From the IMG/VR virus record IMGVR_UViG_3300036790_000223: a stretch of DNA of 64,000 nt, one strand, 5' to 3'. This document shows positions 1 through 8,411 of this stretch, piece by piece. A program made the position numbers and the translations under genes. Numbering within the stretch: the stretch's first letter is position 1; the number at the start of each line of letters is the position of its first letter. The notes under the pieces were generated by a model, which did no database searches, had not been told where the DNA came from, and saw only the letters and a program-made list of their open reading frames with translations. This stretch comes from a virus (Duplodnaviria; Heunggongvirae; Uroviricota; Caudoviricetes).

Positions 1-65
1 GAGGGACTCGAACCCCCAGCCGCCTGGTCCGTAGCCAGGTGCTCTATCCGTTGAGCTATGGGCGC
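1..65 (-). tRNA. tRNA-Arg(ACG); 3' acceptor end cut by window edge
   Basis: Revcomp reads GCGCCCATAGCTCAACGGATAGAGC..CTACGGA anticodon loop..GGTTCGAGTCC T-arm. Confidence 0.7.
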
Positions 66-130
66 TAGATTGGCCCCCGACCCCAGGCAGAACGCCGAGG
101 GGGTGAGGTCGGGGGCCTCTCAGGGATGGA

Positions 131-313
131 TCAGTAGCACTCGCGGTCACGCCGGGTGGTGCGGGAGGTGACGGCCTCGGAGACGAAGCTCTTGTCCTCG
201 TCGGTCGTGCCGGTCACCTTGGCGACCAGGGCGTCGGCCTCCTTCTGCGTGTCGAAGGAGCCCCGGACCTGGACCCGGACGTCGTAGCGTGCCTTGTTGC
301 TTCCCTCGGGCAT
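131..313 (-). CDS. hypothetical small protein (60 aa)
   Basis: ORF with non-repetitive composition; no recognisable motif. Confidence 0.3.
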   Translation of the reverse strand: MPEGSNKARYDVRVQVRGSFDTQKEADALVAKVTGTTDEDKSFVSEAVTSRTTRRDRECY

Positions 314-385
314 TTCCTGTTCCTCTTCCTGTTGGGGGTGAGTTGTTTCTCACGTGATACCCAACTATACCTGATTACGGGGCCG

Positions 386-400
386 ATGTAAACGGCTTAT
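386..400. promoter_or_regulatory. GTAAACGG-family motif copy (ATGTAAACGGCTTAT)
   Basis: 15-nt string identical to 10465-10479; intergenic, AT-rich for this genome. Confidence 0.4.
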
Positions 401-403
401 ATG

Positions 404-476
404 TGCCCCCACCTGGAGCCGAACCAGGGACCTCCACCGCGTCATGGTGGCGCTCTGACCACTGAGCTACGGGGGC
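404..476 (-). tRNA. tRNA-Val(GAC)
   Basis: Cloverleaf: GCCCCCG acceptor, GCTCAGTGGTCAGAGC D-arm, CCACC-ATGACGC-GGTGG anticodon arm, GGTTCGGCTCC T-arm. Confidence 0.7.
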
Positions 477-522
477 TAGATCCCCCGGGAGAGCAAACGG
501 GGAAGTCCCTCCCGGGGGACGC

Positions 523-786
523 TCATTTGCCCTTACGGGCCTTACGGGTTGCAGCGTTGGCCTTGCCCATCTCACGGCGGATCTTACGCTGTTCTTCACG
601 CTGGCGCTTCTGCGCGGCCTTCTGGTCTTTGGCTGCCTTGGCGGCGGCGGCCTTTTTCGCTGCTTGCTCCCGCTTGACCCGCTGGACCATCTTGTAGCGG
701 ATCACGTCTGCGTCGTGGGTGGCCTTGTTGCGTTGGTAGCGGGGGTCATTCAGCGCGGCACCTGGCGGCTTCGGCTTGCGGAACAT
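523..786 (-). CDS. highly basic Lys/Arg/Ala-rich small protein
   Basis: 87-aa ORF rich in K/R/A/Q; possible nucleic-acid binding. Confidence 0.45.
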   Translation of the reverse strand: MFRKPKPPGAALNDPRYQRNKATHDADVIRYKMVQRVKREQAAKKAAAAKAAKDQKAAQKRQREEQRKIRREMGKANAATRKARKGK

Positions 787-789
787 GGG

Positions 790-1134
790 CTAGAACCAGC
801 CCGACTTCTTCTTGCCCTGGCTCCGCATCCGCTTCTCGCGGTCCTTGGCTTCCTTGTCGCGCTTGGCCTTCTCCTTGCGCTCCTTGTCGGCCTTGACCTT
901 CTCCGCAGCCCGGGCGCGCTCATCCTTGATGGTCTGCACCCGGCGCTTGGCGACTTCCTTCTCGACCCGGCGGGCTTCCTTCATGTTCCACTTGTGCTGA
1001 TCGATCTCGCGCTGGTGCTTCTCGTCAGCCATGCGCTGCGCACGGGCAGCCGCGATGTCAGCCTTGCGGCCCTTCTGCTGCTTGGCCCGCTCCTTTTCCC
1101 AGGCGGCCTTGTTGTTCGGTCCCCACACTCCCAT
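790..1134 (-). CDS. charged K/E/R-rich coiled-coil-like protein
   Basis: 114-aa ORF, KERAK-type charged repeats; adjacent to the previous basic ORF. Confidence 0.5.
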   Translation of the reverse strand: MGVWGPNNKAAWEKERAKQQKGRKADIAAARAQRMADEKHQREIDQHKWNMKEARRVEKEVAKRRVQTIKDERARAAEKVKADKERKEKAKRDKEAKDREKRMRSQGKKKSGWF

Positions 1135-1165
1135 GGGGTTCTCCCTTCCTCTTCCTGTTCCTGCG

Positions 1166-1238
1166 CGGCCCTGACCGGACTTGAACCGGCACGCTCCACC
1201 TTGACAGGGTGGCGCACTACCAATTGTGCTACAGGGTC
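1166..1238 (-). tRNA. tRNA-Asp(GTC)
   Basis: Anticodon arm CCACC-CTGTCAA-GGTGG, T-arm GCCGGTTCAAGTCCGGT. Confidence 0.75.
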
Positions 1239-1343
1239 ATGTGCGTGAGGCGGCTGCCAGGGTAACCCCTCACGCTGTCCCGCTTGGTGCTCGCGGTGCG
1301 GGCAGACCGCAGGGCTCCTGCCCCTCATGCCCCTGACCCAGCG

Positions 1344-1414
1344 CTCCGGCGCGTGGAATCGAACCACGATAGCCAAGTTAACAGCCTGGTGTCCTGCCGT
1401 TGAACGACACCGGA
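1344..1414 (-). tRNA. tRNA-Asn(GTT)
   Basis: Anticodon loop CTGTTAA, T-arm CGTGGTTCGATTCCACG, acceptor pairs with one G-U. Confidence 0.6.
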
Positions 1415-1466
1415 ATGGTGACCCCTAGGGTCCGCACCCCCCGAGCGGTGCAGACCCTAGGGTCCG

Positions 1467-1540
1467 TAGCGAGGGCGGGATTTGAACCACGCGACCTCCG
1501 GGTTATGAGCCCGGCGAGCTACCGAACTGCTCCACCTCGC
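1467..1540 (-). tRNA. tRNA-Met(CAT), initiator-like anticodon stem
   Basis: GCGAGGTGGAGCAGTTCGGTAGCTCG..CCGGG-CTCATAA-CCCGG (three G-C pairs); T-stem pairing imperfect. Confidence 0.6.
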
Positions 1541-1557
1541 GTAACCAAGTATACCGT

Positions 1558-2130
1558 TTACTGCCTCTCAGCGGTAGCGGCTTTGAAACCAAACGTCATC
1601 AGCATCAGAGCCTCGGCAATAGTGCCCCCCGGGTCGCCGCTGGGCATCATGACGACCTCGCAGTCCCGCTCCTGCTCCACGTGGTAGAACCGGTCAGCGG
1701 TAGTGAAGGCCATGATGTGGCGGGCCTCGATGCGCTCCGGCTGCAGGTAGAGGTCATGCTCGGCTACGGCTCGCTTCAGCCGCTCAGCCACCGCTGGGTC
1801 GTCGTTTTGCTCAGCTGCGGTGATGTTCACGCCCCAGCCCTCAAACCGGAAGGCCATCCCGATCCAGCCGGGTGGCAGCTCGGGCACGGGGGGCTTCGGC
1901 ATCTCCAGGATCGAGTCGGGCAGGCTGTGGTAGTGCATCAGCCCCTCCCCCAGCCGCATCAGCAGCTGCGGTGGCGGGGCCAGATCCCACCACATGCTTG
2001 ACAAGCCCACGGTCACCAGGGCTGCACTGTTGTCACTCTCGGTCAGAAAGTACAGCTCGGGGTGCTCGTCCCATTCGGTGCGGGCGGTCAGCGTTGCGGT
2101 CAGCAGCGCCCCGATCGCTTCGTCGTTCAT
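1558..2130 (-). CDS. hypothetical protein
   Basis: ORF 1558-2181; internal ATG at 2130 (MNDEAIG) taken as start; no motif. Confidence 0.5.
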   Translation of the reverse strand: MNDEAIGALLTATLTARTEWDEHPELYFLTESDNSAALVTVGLSSMWWDLAPPPQLLMRLGEGLMHYHSLPDSILEMPKPPVPELPPGWIGMAFRFEGWGVNITAAEQNDDPAVAERLKRAVAEHDLYLQPERIEARHIMAFTTADRFYHVEQERDCEVVMMPSGDPGGTIAEALMLMTFGFKAATAERQ

Positions 2131-2203
2131 TCCTGTTCCTTTCCCTGCTGAGCCGCCAGCCTGTCCCCGTGACCACCTCACGGGGACAGGCTGGCGGGTC
2201 CCT

Positions 2204-3811
2204 TTAGCGACGCCGGGCGAGGCCGTTCTCGTCCACGACCTTGAACGGGGTGCCGACGCCCTCCAGCACGGTGCGCTGGTTGACCTGCTCCATCTCGGCC
2301 CGCACCTGGCGCCGCAGCAGGGCGTCGATGGTGGCGTCGTCGCTGCCTTCGGCGGCAGCTTCCATCATCTCCTTCTGACGGCGCAGACCCCGGGCTGCCT
2401 CCACCAGGTCAGCGGTGGTGACCTTGGAGGGGCGGCCCTGGTTCTTGGCGATGGAGTAGCGCACTGCCCGGCGGATGGCCTCCACGGCGAACGCTGGCAC
2501 GTAGCCATCGAACGCCTCAACCAGCTCGTCGGTGTACTCGATGTCCGGCCGCAGCGCTGCCGCAATGTGCGACTCCACCAGGTCCTTCAGCTTGGACGGG
2601 GCCACCGCACCCAGGTGGATGACGGCGTCGATCCGGCCTGGCCGCAGCATGCCCTTGTCGATCACGTCGGGGAAGTTGGTGGTGAAGCCCACCATCACCT
2701 CGGTGTTCTTGACGGCTGCGTTGTCCATCGCGTCCAGCACGGTGGAGATACGAGCCCGGGAGTGCTGGGCGTTGGCCAGGTTGTCAGCATCCTCGATCCA
2801 CACGACCGCCGGGGAGTACAGCTGGGCGGTCCTCAGTGCCTCCAGGGGGCTGTCTTCCGGCCGCACCAGGATGAAGGTCCACCCGGCGGCTACGGCGTGC
2901 TGAGCGGTCAGTGCACCGGCCTGGGTCTTGCCCGTGCCGTACGGACCCTCCAGCAGGAACGCCCGCTTGAGTGGCAGGTGGTTCATCCGCATCTGGTCGG
3001 AGTGGTCAATCACCGACCAGATGTTGGCGTGCAGGTCGACCAGGGTGTCGTCGTTGTAGACGCACCGGGTCGGGTCGACCGACTGCTCGTCCCAGAACCC
3101 GGGGTTGTCGCTCCCGTCGATGGCCCGGCCCCGGTAGATGGAGCGCTCCTTCAGCTCCTCCTCCATTGCCCGGAAGAACCCCTCGATGCGGGCCTGGTGC
3201 TTGCGGGGGGCGGTCACGGTGATGTGCGACAGGAAGCCCTTGTTCGGGTCCTTCGCCATCCCGATCTCGAAGTCCGCATCCAGCATCTCAAAGTGGATCT
3301 CGTCCCAGGGCACCTGCATGGACTCGTTCACGCCCACGGGGATGGAGATCAGCTGCGGCCGGTGCTCCTGGCCGAAGAAGTCGAACCAGCTCTTGCCGAT
3401 GCCTGCGGTGCCGAACACCCGCATCATGGCCCGGTTAAAGGCCGCTGCCCCGTCGAAGGGGCGGTAGGGGAACGTGCGGGAGAAGTCGATCTTCTTCTCC
3501 TGCTGCTCCTCGTACTGCCGCAGCGTCTTGCAGGCTCGCTCGATGCCACCGGGTCCCGCCAGGTGCGCGGGGAGACGGATCTTGTCGCCTGCGAACTCGA
3601 TGGAGTCATCCCCTACCGCTGCCCCGCCCAGCTCGCTGAGTACCTCCAGCAGCCGTGCGGTGTCCTTGTCGGCCTGGGTCATGACCCGGCCGGTCTTGGC
3701 GGTTGCGGTTGTCACTTCCTGTTCACCTTCCTGTTCCTTGCGGTCGTCGATGAGCTGGCGCATAAGGCTGTCTAGAGCCGCGCGTAGCTCGGTTTTCTGT
3801 GCGCCACTCAT
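2204..3811 (-). CDS. AAA+ ATPase
   Basis: Walker A LLEGPYGTGKT, Walker B VVWIEDADNL, sensor/Arg-finger-like region; 535 aa. Confidence 0.8.
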   Translation of the reverse strand: MSGAQKTELRAALDSLMRQLIDDRKEQEGEQEVTTATAKTGRVMTQADKDTARLLEVLSELGGAAVGDDSIEFAGDKIRLPAHLAGPGGIERACKTLRQYEEQQEKKIDFSRTFPYRPFDGAAAFNRAMMRVFGTAGIGKSWFDFFGQEHRPQLISIPVGVNESMQVPWDEIHFEMLDADFEIGMAKDPNKGFLSHITVTAPRKHQARIEGFFRAMEEELKERSIYRGRAIDGSDNPGFWDEQSVDPTRCVYNDDTLVDLHANIWSVIDHSDQMRMNHLPLKRAFLLEGPYGTGKTQAGALTAQHAVAAGWTFILVRPEDSPLEALRTAQLYSPAVVWIEDADNLANAQHSRARISTVLDAMDNAAVKNTEVMVGFTTNFPDVIDKGMLRPGRIDAVIHLGAVAPSKLKDLVESHIAAALRPDIEYTDELVEAFDGYVPAFAVEAIRRAVRYSIAKNQGRPSKVTTADLVEAARGLRRQKEMMEAAAEGSDDATIDALLRRQVRAEMEQVNQRTVLEGVGTPFKVVDENGLARRR

Positions 3812-3861
3812 GGGGCGGCTTTCCCTTCCTGAGTTCCTAACCTTACCTGCTGGTACCGCGT

Positions 3862-3932
3862 AGCCCCAACGGGATTTGAACCCGTGCTACTGCCTTGAAA
3901 GGGCGGCGTCCTGGACCGCTAGACGATGGGGC
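3862..3932 (-). tRNA. tRNA-Glu(TTC)
   Basis: Acceptor GCCCCAT, anticodon loop CTTTCAA, T-arm CGGGTTCAAATCCCG. Confidence 0.7.
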
Positions 3933-3982
3933 CTGGGGGGGTGGTGGAGCAGGAGACGAACAAAAACACACCCCACCACCCG

Positions 3983-4057
3983 TACCGGGTACCGGATTCG
4001 AACCGGCGTTACCAACTTGAGAGGCTGGCGTCCTGGGCCTGGCTGGACGAACCCGGC
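3983..4057 (-). tRNA. tRNA-Glu(CTC)
   Basis: Acceptor GCCGGGT/ACCCGGT, anticodon arm CCAGC-CTCTCAA-GTTGG, T-arm GCCGGTTCGAATCCGGT; long D-loop. Confidence 0.55.
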
Positions 4058-4061
4058 ATGC

Positions 4062-4199
4062 TCACTTCTTCTTGCGCTTCTTACGCGCTTCCTTCTCGGC
4101 CTTGCGCTGTTCCCGCTCAGCGCGAGTACAGCTAGCACATAGGCTACCCGCTATTGCGGAGTTCTTACGGCATTTCCAGCAGGTTCCCCATTCGGCCAT
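4062..4199 (-). CDS. small Zn-ribbon protein with basic tail
   Basis: MAEWGTCWKCRKN..CASC..KKRKKK; internal ATG of ORF 4062-4310. Confidence 0.4.
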   Translation of the reverse strand: MAEWGTCWKCRKNSAIAGSLCASCTRAEREQRKAEKEARKKRKKK

Positions 4200-4209
4200 T
4201 TCCTTTTTC

Positions 4210-4416
4210 CTATTCGTAGATCTTGCCGGTGCCCTTGCATCGTGGGCACTGCCCGGCGTCCTTCCAGCCACGGCCCGCTGGTACCCGGACCTGGATCTTG
4301 CCCCGGCCACCGCAGTTCGGGCATTTGGTCTTCCGCTGCACCTTCACCTTTATCTTCATGCGTGCCCCGCCAAGGTACTGACCCCTGTTCCATCGGGTAA
4401 AGGCCGACTGCATCAC
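4210..4416 (-). CDS. DnaJ-type CxxCxGxG zinc-finger minigene (paralog 1)
   Basis: CPNCGGRGK ... CPRCKGTGK; start may be ATG 4359 or 4413. Confidence 0.5.
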   Translation of the reverse strand: MMQSAFTRWNRGQYLGGARMKIKVKVQRKTKCPNCGGRGKIQVRVPAGRGWKDAGQCPRCKGTGKIYE

Positions 4417-4436
4417 CTTAATGCTTGCGGGGCTCG

Positions 4437-4510
4437 TAGGGCGACTGCGACTTGAACGCAGGACCGGCGGATTATGAGTCCGCTGCTCTGACCAGCTGAG
4501 CTACCGCCCC
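4437..4510 (-). tRNA. tRNA-Met(CAT) copy 2
   Basis: GGGGCGGTAGCTCAGCTGGTCAGAGC..GCGGA-CTCATAA-TCCGC..CTGCGTTCAAGTCGCAG. Confidence 0.7.
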
Positions 4511-4516
4511 GCGTCG

Positions 4517-4588
4517 TACCGAGAACGGGGAACGACCCCATGACCTCTGCGTTATGGGCGCAGCGCTCTGCCACTGAGCTACCTCGGC
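4517..4588 (-). tRNA. tRNA(CAT) copy 3, atypical (C33, non-canonical T-loop)
   Basis: GCCGAGGTAGCTCAGTGGCAGAGCG, CTGCG-CCCATAA-CGCAG; T-loop GTCGTTC unusual; may be Ile-lysidine type or a pseudogene. Confidence 0.4.
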
Positions 4589-4592
4589 GTGG

Positions 4593-4667
4593 TGGGCATG
4601 GGAGGAATTGAACCTCCGACCTTCTCCGTATCAGGAAGCTGCTCGAACCGGACTGAGCTGCATGCCC
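4593..4667 (-). tRNA. tRNA-Ile(GAT)
   Basis: Acceptor GGGCATG/CATGCCC, anticodon loop CTGATAC, T-arm GGAGGTTCAATTCCTCC. Confidence 0.6.
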
Positions 4668-4726
4668 CTGTGGATGGGCGCGAGCTGGGCAAGGGAGTGC
4701 AATACAAGCCTCAGCTCGCACCCGTG

Positions 4727-4813
4727 CGGCACCGGTACGATTTGAACGCACGGGACGCTTTCACGCCCTATCGTTTTCGAGACGATTGCCTTAGGCCACT
4801 CGGCCACGGTGCC
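4727..4813 (-). tRNA. tRNA-Ser(CGA), type II
   Basis: GGCACCGTGGCCGAGTGGCCTAAGGC, loop CTCGAAA, long variable arm, T-arm GTGCGTTCAAATCGTAC. Confidence 0.75.
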
Positions 4814-5049
4814 TTGAACCTGTTGTGTGGGGGGAAAATCCCCGTACCCGCCCTCACCGTTCCACGATACCTGATCAGCGTGATGGTAGTGCGCGGTAAT
4901 GCTGCCCTGTTCCATGAGTGCATCGTGCTGGGCTGCCTTGTTAACTGCTGATGCGGCCCGGCGCATCTCCTGGTGGCAGGGGTGCAAACCCTGAAGGGTA
5001 GAATCTCACGCTCGCCTCAGAACCGTGTACCACGGTTACCGACTTCCCC

Positions 5050-5529
5050 CTACGGCTTCAGTTCGCCCATCTCGGTGGCCCAGTTGGCGGCCTGAATGGT
5101 GTCGTCCAGCTGCCGGTACTCCCGGGCCAGCCGGTCAGCTTCGGCTCGCAGGACCGGCACGTCCAGCAGGGTCTCGTCCTTCAGCTCGGATCGAGCCCGG
5201 CGCCCGTACAGGCTGCGCTGGCTGGGGGTGGCGCAGTCGGCCAGGTCACTGATGAACCCGCGTTCGGCGTTCAGCTGGTCCCTCTTGGCTAGCAGCTGGG
5301 TGATGGTGCGGCCATCACTGACCGTGGTGGCCGCGTTGGTCATGTTGATCTCGGCGGCACGGGCACTCAGCCTGACCATCAATGCCCGGACCTGGGTAGC
5401 CAGCTCGTTCGGGTCCTCAACCGGCTGTTCGCCTTCCTGGTGGATGGCGTTGGCCTTAGCCCTGGCCCGCAGCTGGGCTACCTCCTTCTTCATGTCGGAA
5501 AACTCGCTGAGCGCTGTCGCCAGCTTCAT
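5050..5529 (-). CDS. coiled-coil protein of unknown function
   Basis: 159-aa ORF with heptad-like charged repeats. Confidence 0.55.
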   Translation of the reverse strand: MKLATALSEFSDMKKEVAQLRARAKANAIHQEGEQPVEDPNELATQVRALMVRLSARAAEINMTNAATTVSDGRTITQLLAKRDQLNAERGFISDLADCATPSQRSLYGRRARSELKDETLLDVPVLRAEADRLAREYRQLDDTIQAANWATEMGELKP

Positions 5530-5551
5530 CCTCTCTCTCCTTTCGTTAACG

Positions 5552-5640
5552 CGGAGCCTGAGCGATTCGAACGCTCGACAGGGTTGCCCCTGAACCGCCT
5601 TAGCAGGGCGGCGCCATAAACCGGACTAGGCGAAGGCTCC
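5552..5640 (-). tRNA. tRNA-Ser(GCT), type II
   Basis: GGAGCCT acceptor, CCGCC-CTGCTAA-GGCGG, long variable arm, TCGAGCGTTCGAATCGCTC. Confidence 0.75.
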
Positions 5641-5831
5641 ATATTTTGAAGGTGAGGTCTGCTAGGGGTCAACATGCCCGCCTCCTCCGCAGGCTCCCGG
5701 GTGCGCGCTTTTGGGATCGTCCCATTGCCCAGGGCTCGGTACCTCACCGGGGGCTGGCAGGTGCTCCCCCCGGGGGGTGGCCCCTTACGCGGCCTTGCAC
5801 AGGACGTATCGCCCATACCTGCCAGCCTTTG

Positions 5832-5916
5832 TACGCCGGGGGGGACTCGAACCCCCACGTCCTCTCGGACACCTGGGTCTGAGCCAGGCGCGTCTGCCAA
5901 TTCCAGCCACCAGCGC
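5832..5916 (-). tRNA. tRNA-Leu(CAG), type II
   Basis: D-arm TGGCTGGAATTGGCAGACGCG like E. coli Leu, CCTGG-CTCAGAC-CCAGG, variable hairpin GTCCGAGAGGAC, GGGGGTTCGAGTCCCCC. Confidence 0.75.
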
Positions 5917-5999
5917 AAGCAGTTGGGTCACGATCACCGGAATCGGCCGGTACCTTGGCGGCTAGCCGCTGCACCTTGGTTCGCATCGTGACCCAGCCG

Positions 6000-6072
6000 A
6001 GCGGATGACCGGGTTCGAACCGGCGACCTTCACCTTGGCAAGGTGACGCGCTGCCAACTGCGCCACATCCGC
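6000..6072 (-). tRNA. tRNA-Gly(GCC)
   Basis: GCGGATG acceptor, TCACC-TTGCCAA-GGTGA, GCCGGTTCGAACCCGGT. Confidence 0.75.
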
Positions 6073-6129
6073 ATGTGCCACCGCTCTTGGCGACGCGCTG
6101 TGCGCCGTCCAGCAGGAGCGCGGTGGCCA

Positions 6130-6474
6130 CTATCCTGCTGTTTCACCATCGGCTACATGAGCCTCAGGATACCGGCATGAGCGGCAGAGGGTCTTGATCC
6201 AGCCGTGTGCCTTGGTGGCCTGGCATACCCCTGGCTTGCCGCATTGCTCGCATGTCTCACCTGACCTGGCCTCAAACCGGCCCAGGACCCTGGCGATCTC
6301 GATTGGGGCGTGCTCCAGGTAGACCCGCAAGCACCCGAACTTCTCCTTGACCTGGACGGTCTGGTAGGCCGGGTTGATCGCTGACAGTGCTGTGTGCATC
6401 TCGTCCAGCAGACCGTGCCATCCAGGGCCAACATCGTTTTTGTAGTCGGTGACCGGCCCGCCCTGATTGAACAA
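6130..6474 (-). CDS. hypothetical protein with C-terminal Cys4 cluster
   Basis: 114-aa ORF; CEQCGKPG..CRSC. Confidence 0.5.
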   Translation of the reverse strand: MFNQGGPVTDYKNDVGPGWHGLLDEMHTALSAINPAYQTVQVKEKFGCLRVYLEHAPIEIARVLGRFEARSGETCEQCGKPGVCQATKAHGWIKTLCRSCRYPEAHVADGETAG

Positions 6475-6548
6475 CTCGCATCATTCCCTTCCTCGGGGCG
6501 ACCCCCAGGCAGCGCCATGGCCGTATGGGTAAAACCTGGAGGTCACCG

Positions 6549-6621
6549 AGCCCCCTTACGGAATCGAACCGTAGACCTTCTCCTTACCATGGAGACACTC
6601 TGGCCGCTGAGCTAAGGGGGC
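6549..6621 (-). tRNA. tRNA-Thr(GGT)
   Basis: GCCCCCT acceptor, TCTCC-ATGGTAA-GGAGA, TACGGTTCGATTCCGTA. Confidence 0.75.
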
Positions 6622-6646
6622 GTGCGGCCGGTTGCCCGGCCGGTGG

Positions 6647-7003
6647 TCAGGCGGACTCGTCAGCCCGCAGCTTCTCTAGCACGATGCGCACGTCGGCGTA
6701 CCGGGTGTCGGGGTGGTCGTTGAAGGCCGCAATGCCCAGCGGCGTGATGGGGCCGTCCTTCCGCCACCGGCGTTCTGGCCACTGGCTGTTCGCGACCCGC
6801 TGGAACGCCCTGGCGAACCGGTTCCGGTCCCGCTGGGGAATCCCGGCGGCGTCCATGGCTCCTAGCACGCAGTGCCGCTCCATGCCCCGGCCACCGTGGT
6901 AGGTGCTCTTGACCCAGAACCGGCGGCTGGGGATAGCCTCCAGCACCCGGGCTGCCATCTCGCTGGTCTTCATCATGTGCGCTCTTCCGCCATCCTTTCC
7001 CAT
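6647..7003 (-). CDS. hypothetical protein
   Basis: 118-aa ORF. Confidence 0.45.
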   Translation of the reverse strand: MGKDGGRAHMMKTSEMAARVLEAIPSRRFWVKSTYHGGRGMERHCVLGAMDAAGIPQRDRNRFARAFQRVANSQWPERRWRKDGPITPLGIAAFNDHPDTRYADVRIVLEKLRADESA

Positions 7004-7221
7004 TCGGCCACCGTCATGAACCGACGGTGGCGCCCGTCCACCAGGACCATCACCCGCTGGTTAACCCGGGTGGCCTCGTGGGCAGCTGCAACCTGTTCCT
7101 TGGTGCGGACCGGCTTGCTCCTGCTTGCGCCAGAGTTCCCGCCTGCCCTCGCCGGGTTGGAGCCCTTCGGCTTGGGTGCCCGGTACTTCAGCTTCAGGTT
7201 CTGGCCTGTCATCTCCTGCAT
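6973..7221 (-). CDS. hypothetical small protein
   Basis: 82-aa ORF overlapping previous by 31 nt. Confidence 0.4.
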   Translation of the reverse strand: MQEMTGQNLKLKYRAPKPKGSNPARAGGNSGASRSKPVRTKEQVAAAHEATRVNQRVMVLVDGRHRRFMTVAEWERMAEERT

Positions 7222-7244
7222 TGCACTCCCCTGCTTTCCCTTCC

Positions 7245-7394
7245 TTATCCGTACCGGGCTACCCAGCGGTCCAGGAATGCCTGGCCATTGCAGCGCAGAA
7301 TGCGCCGCTTCTTGTTAATCCTACGGTGGTTTTGTGTCCAGTACCGCTGCTTAGACGGCTTGTCCTTGTACTGCTTGCCTTTGTGGGCTCCCAT
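7245..7394 (-). CDS. possible small basic protein (49 aa)
   Basis: MGAHKGKQYKDKPSKQRYW...; below ORF-track cutoff. Confidence 0.25.
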   Translation of the reverse strand: MGAHKGKQYKDKPSKQRYWTQNHRRINKKRRILRCNGQAFLDRWVARYG

Positions 7395-7411
7395 GGTGTG
7401 CTCCCTTTCCG

Positions 7412-7486
7412 AGCCCCCCGCCGGTCTCGAACCGGCAACCTTCGGCTTACAAAGCCACTGCTCTAGTCCACTTGAGCTAGGGAGGC
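7412..7486 (-). tRNA. tRNA-Thr(TGT)
   Basis: GCCTCCC/GGGGGGC acceptor, GTGGC-TTTGTAA-GCCGA, GCCGGTTCGAGACCGGC. Confidence 0.75.
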
Positions 7487-7647
7487 TAGCCTGCGCCGAA
7501 ACTGTGCGCGATGGAGATCAGGCCGCTGGCGACCTCGTTAAAGAGGTCGTAGGCGGTGTGCAAAGCCCAGGCGACAAAAGACGGGGCCTTGATGAGCAGC
7601 CAGATAACGATGGCCCACCCCAGCAGCTTCTTCAAGAACTGAATCAT
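7486..7647 (-). CDS. small transmembrane protein (53 aa)
   Basis: MIQFLKKLLGWAIVIWLLIKAPSFVAWAL..; the longer track ORF runs over tRNAs, so the internal start is used. Confidence 0.4.
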   Translation of the reverse strand: MIQFLKKLLGWAIVIWLLIKAPSFVAWALHTAYDLFNEVASGLISIAHSFGAG

Positions 7648-7667
7648 TCCTTCTCCCTTCCCTAACG

Positions 7668-7742
7668 AGCCTGTGGGCCGGGTTGAACGGCCTGCCTCCG
7701 CTGTACGAGAGCGGCGCTCTGCCTTCCGTGAGCTACACAGGC
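7668..7742 (-). tRNA. tRNA-Thr(CGT)
   Basis: GCCTGTG/CACAGGC, CCGCT-CTCGTAC-AGCGG, GGCCGTTCAACCCGGCC. Confidence 0.75.
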
Positions 7743-7808
7743 ATTGTAGGTGGGCAGGGGGGAGGCGTCGCCCTGGGCTTGCAGCTAAGGGCACCCCCCT
7801 GCCACCCG

Positions 7809-7880
7809 CTCCCCGGCAAGGATTCGAACCTCAAATAACTGGTCCAGGGCCAGTCGTGTTGCCAGTTACACCACCAGGGA
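7809..7880 (-). tRNA. tRNA-Gln(CTG) (C at position 33)
   Basis: TCCCTGG acceptor, ACTGG-CCCTGGA-CCAGT, GAGGTTCGAATCCTTG. Confidence 0.5.
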
Positions 7881-7881
7881 G

Positions 7882-7954
7882 TGCGCCGCCAGGGCCTCGA
7901 ACCCTATATCCCCCGGTTAAGAGCCGGGTGCTTCACCTGTTTAGCTTGCGGCGC
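7882..7954 (-). tRNA. tRNA-Lys(CTT)
   Basis: GCGCCGC/GCGGCGC, CCCGG-CTCTTAA-CCGGG, TAGGGTTCGAGGCCCTG. Confidence 0.7.
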
Positions 7955-7978
7955 TAGCCCGGCCGGAGCCGGGGTTGG

Positions 7979-8074
7979 TCACTTGTCCTTCTTGTCGGTG
8001 CCGGGCTTCTCGTGCGCCCCACCTGCTCCGCCCTTGCCGGTGTTACGGCTGAGCGGCTTCTCGTGCTTTCCCAT
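7979..8074 (-). CDS. possible tiny protein (31 aa)
   Basis: MGKHEKPLSRNTGKGGAGGAHEKPGTDKKDK with GGAGAGGAGGGAACC RBS-like upstream. Confidence 0.25.
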   Translation of the reverse strand: MGKHEKPLSRNTGKGGAGGAHEKPGTDKKDK

Positions 8075-8095
8075 CTGGTTCCCTCCTCTCCTGCG

Positions 8096-8167
8096 AGCCG
8101 CGCCGGGGAGTCGAACCCCGCTTGCCTGCTTGGAAGGCAGGTGCACTAGCCGATGTGCTAGCGCGGC
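8096..8167 (-). tRNA. tRNA-Gly(TCC)
   Basis: GCCGCGC/GCGCGGC, CCTGC-CTTCCAA-GCAGG, CGGGGTTCGACTCCCCG. Confidence 0.75.
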
Positions 8168-8171
8168 ATGC

Positions 8172-8300
8172 TCACTTTCCCACCCAGCCCTTCGGCTTTG
8201 GGTGCTCGCCCTTCCCTTTGCAGTTGGGGCACTTCAGGTCGGGGCGGCCTATGCTGCCGGGGACCGTTCCCTTGCCGCCGCAGGTCTGGCACTTGATCAT
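8172..8300 (-). CDS. DnaJ-type CxxCxGxG zinc-finger minigene (paralog 2)
   Basis: MIKCQTCGGKGTVPGSIGRPDLKCPNCKGKGE..; 42 aa. Confidence 0.5.
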   Translation of the reverse strand: MIKCQTCGGKGTVPGSIGRPDLKCPNCKGKGEHPKPKGWVGK

Positions 8301-8321
8301 GTTGCCACCTTCCCCCGAAAG

Positions 8322-8393
8322 AGACCGTAACCAGGATCGAACTGGTGTGCTCCGCTTTGCAGGCGGACCCCTAAGCCACTCGGGCATACGGTC
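8322..8393 (-). tRNA. tRNA-Cys(GCA)
   Basis: GACCGTA/TACGGTC, TCCGC-CTGCAAA-GCGGA, ACCAGTTCGATCCTGGT. Confidence 0.7.
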
Positions 8394-8411
8394 TAGTGCA
8401 TAACTATGCAG

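Noticed and set aside
1994-3775. 593-aa plus-strand ORF
   Set aside because: Antisense to the AAA+ ATPase gene, low-complexity Gly/Val/Leu/His composition typical of a spurious high-GC reverse frame
4589-4951. ORF-track proteins 4589-4951(+), 4413-4751(-), 4631-4987(-)
   Set aside because: They run through four predicted tRNA genes (Met, CAT, Ile, Ser); tRNA cloverleaves are much better supported
4930-4995. Possible extra tRNA (hairpin CAGGG-GTGCAAA-CCCTG, CCACCA nearby)
   Set aside because: No D-arm, canonical T-arm or pairing acceptor found on either strand; probably a simple hairpin
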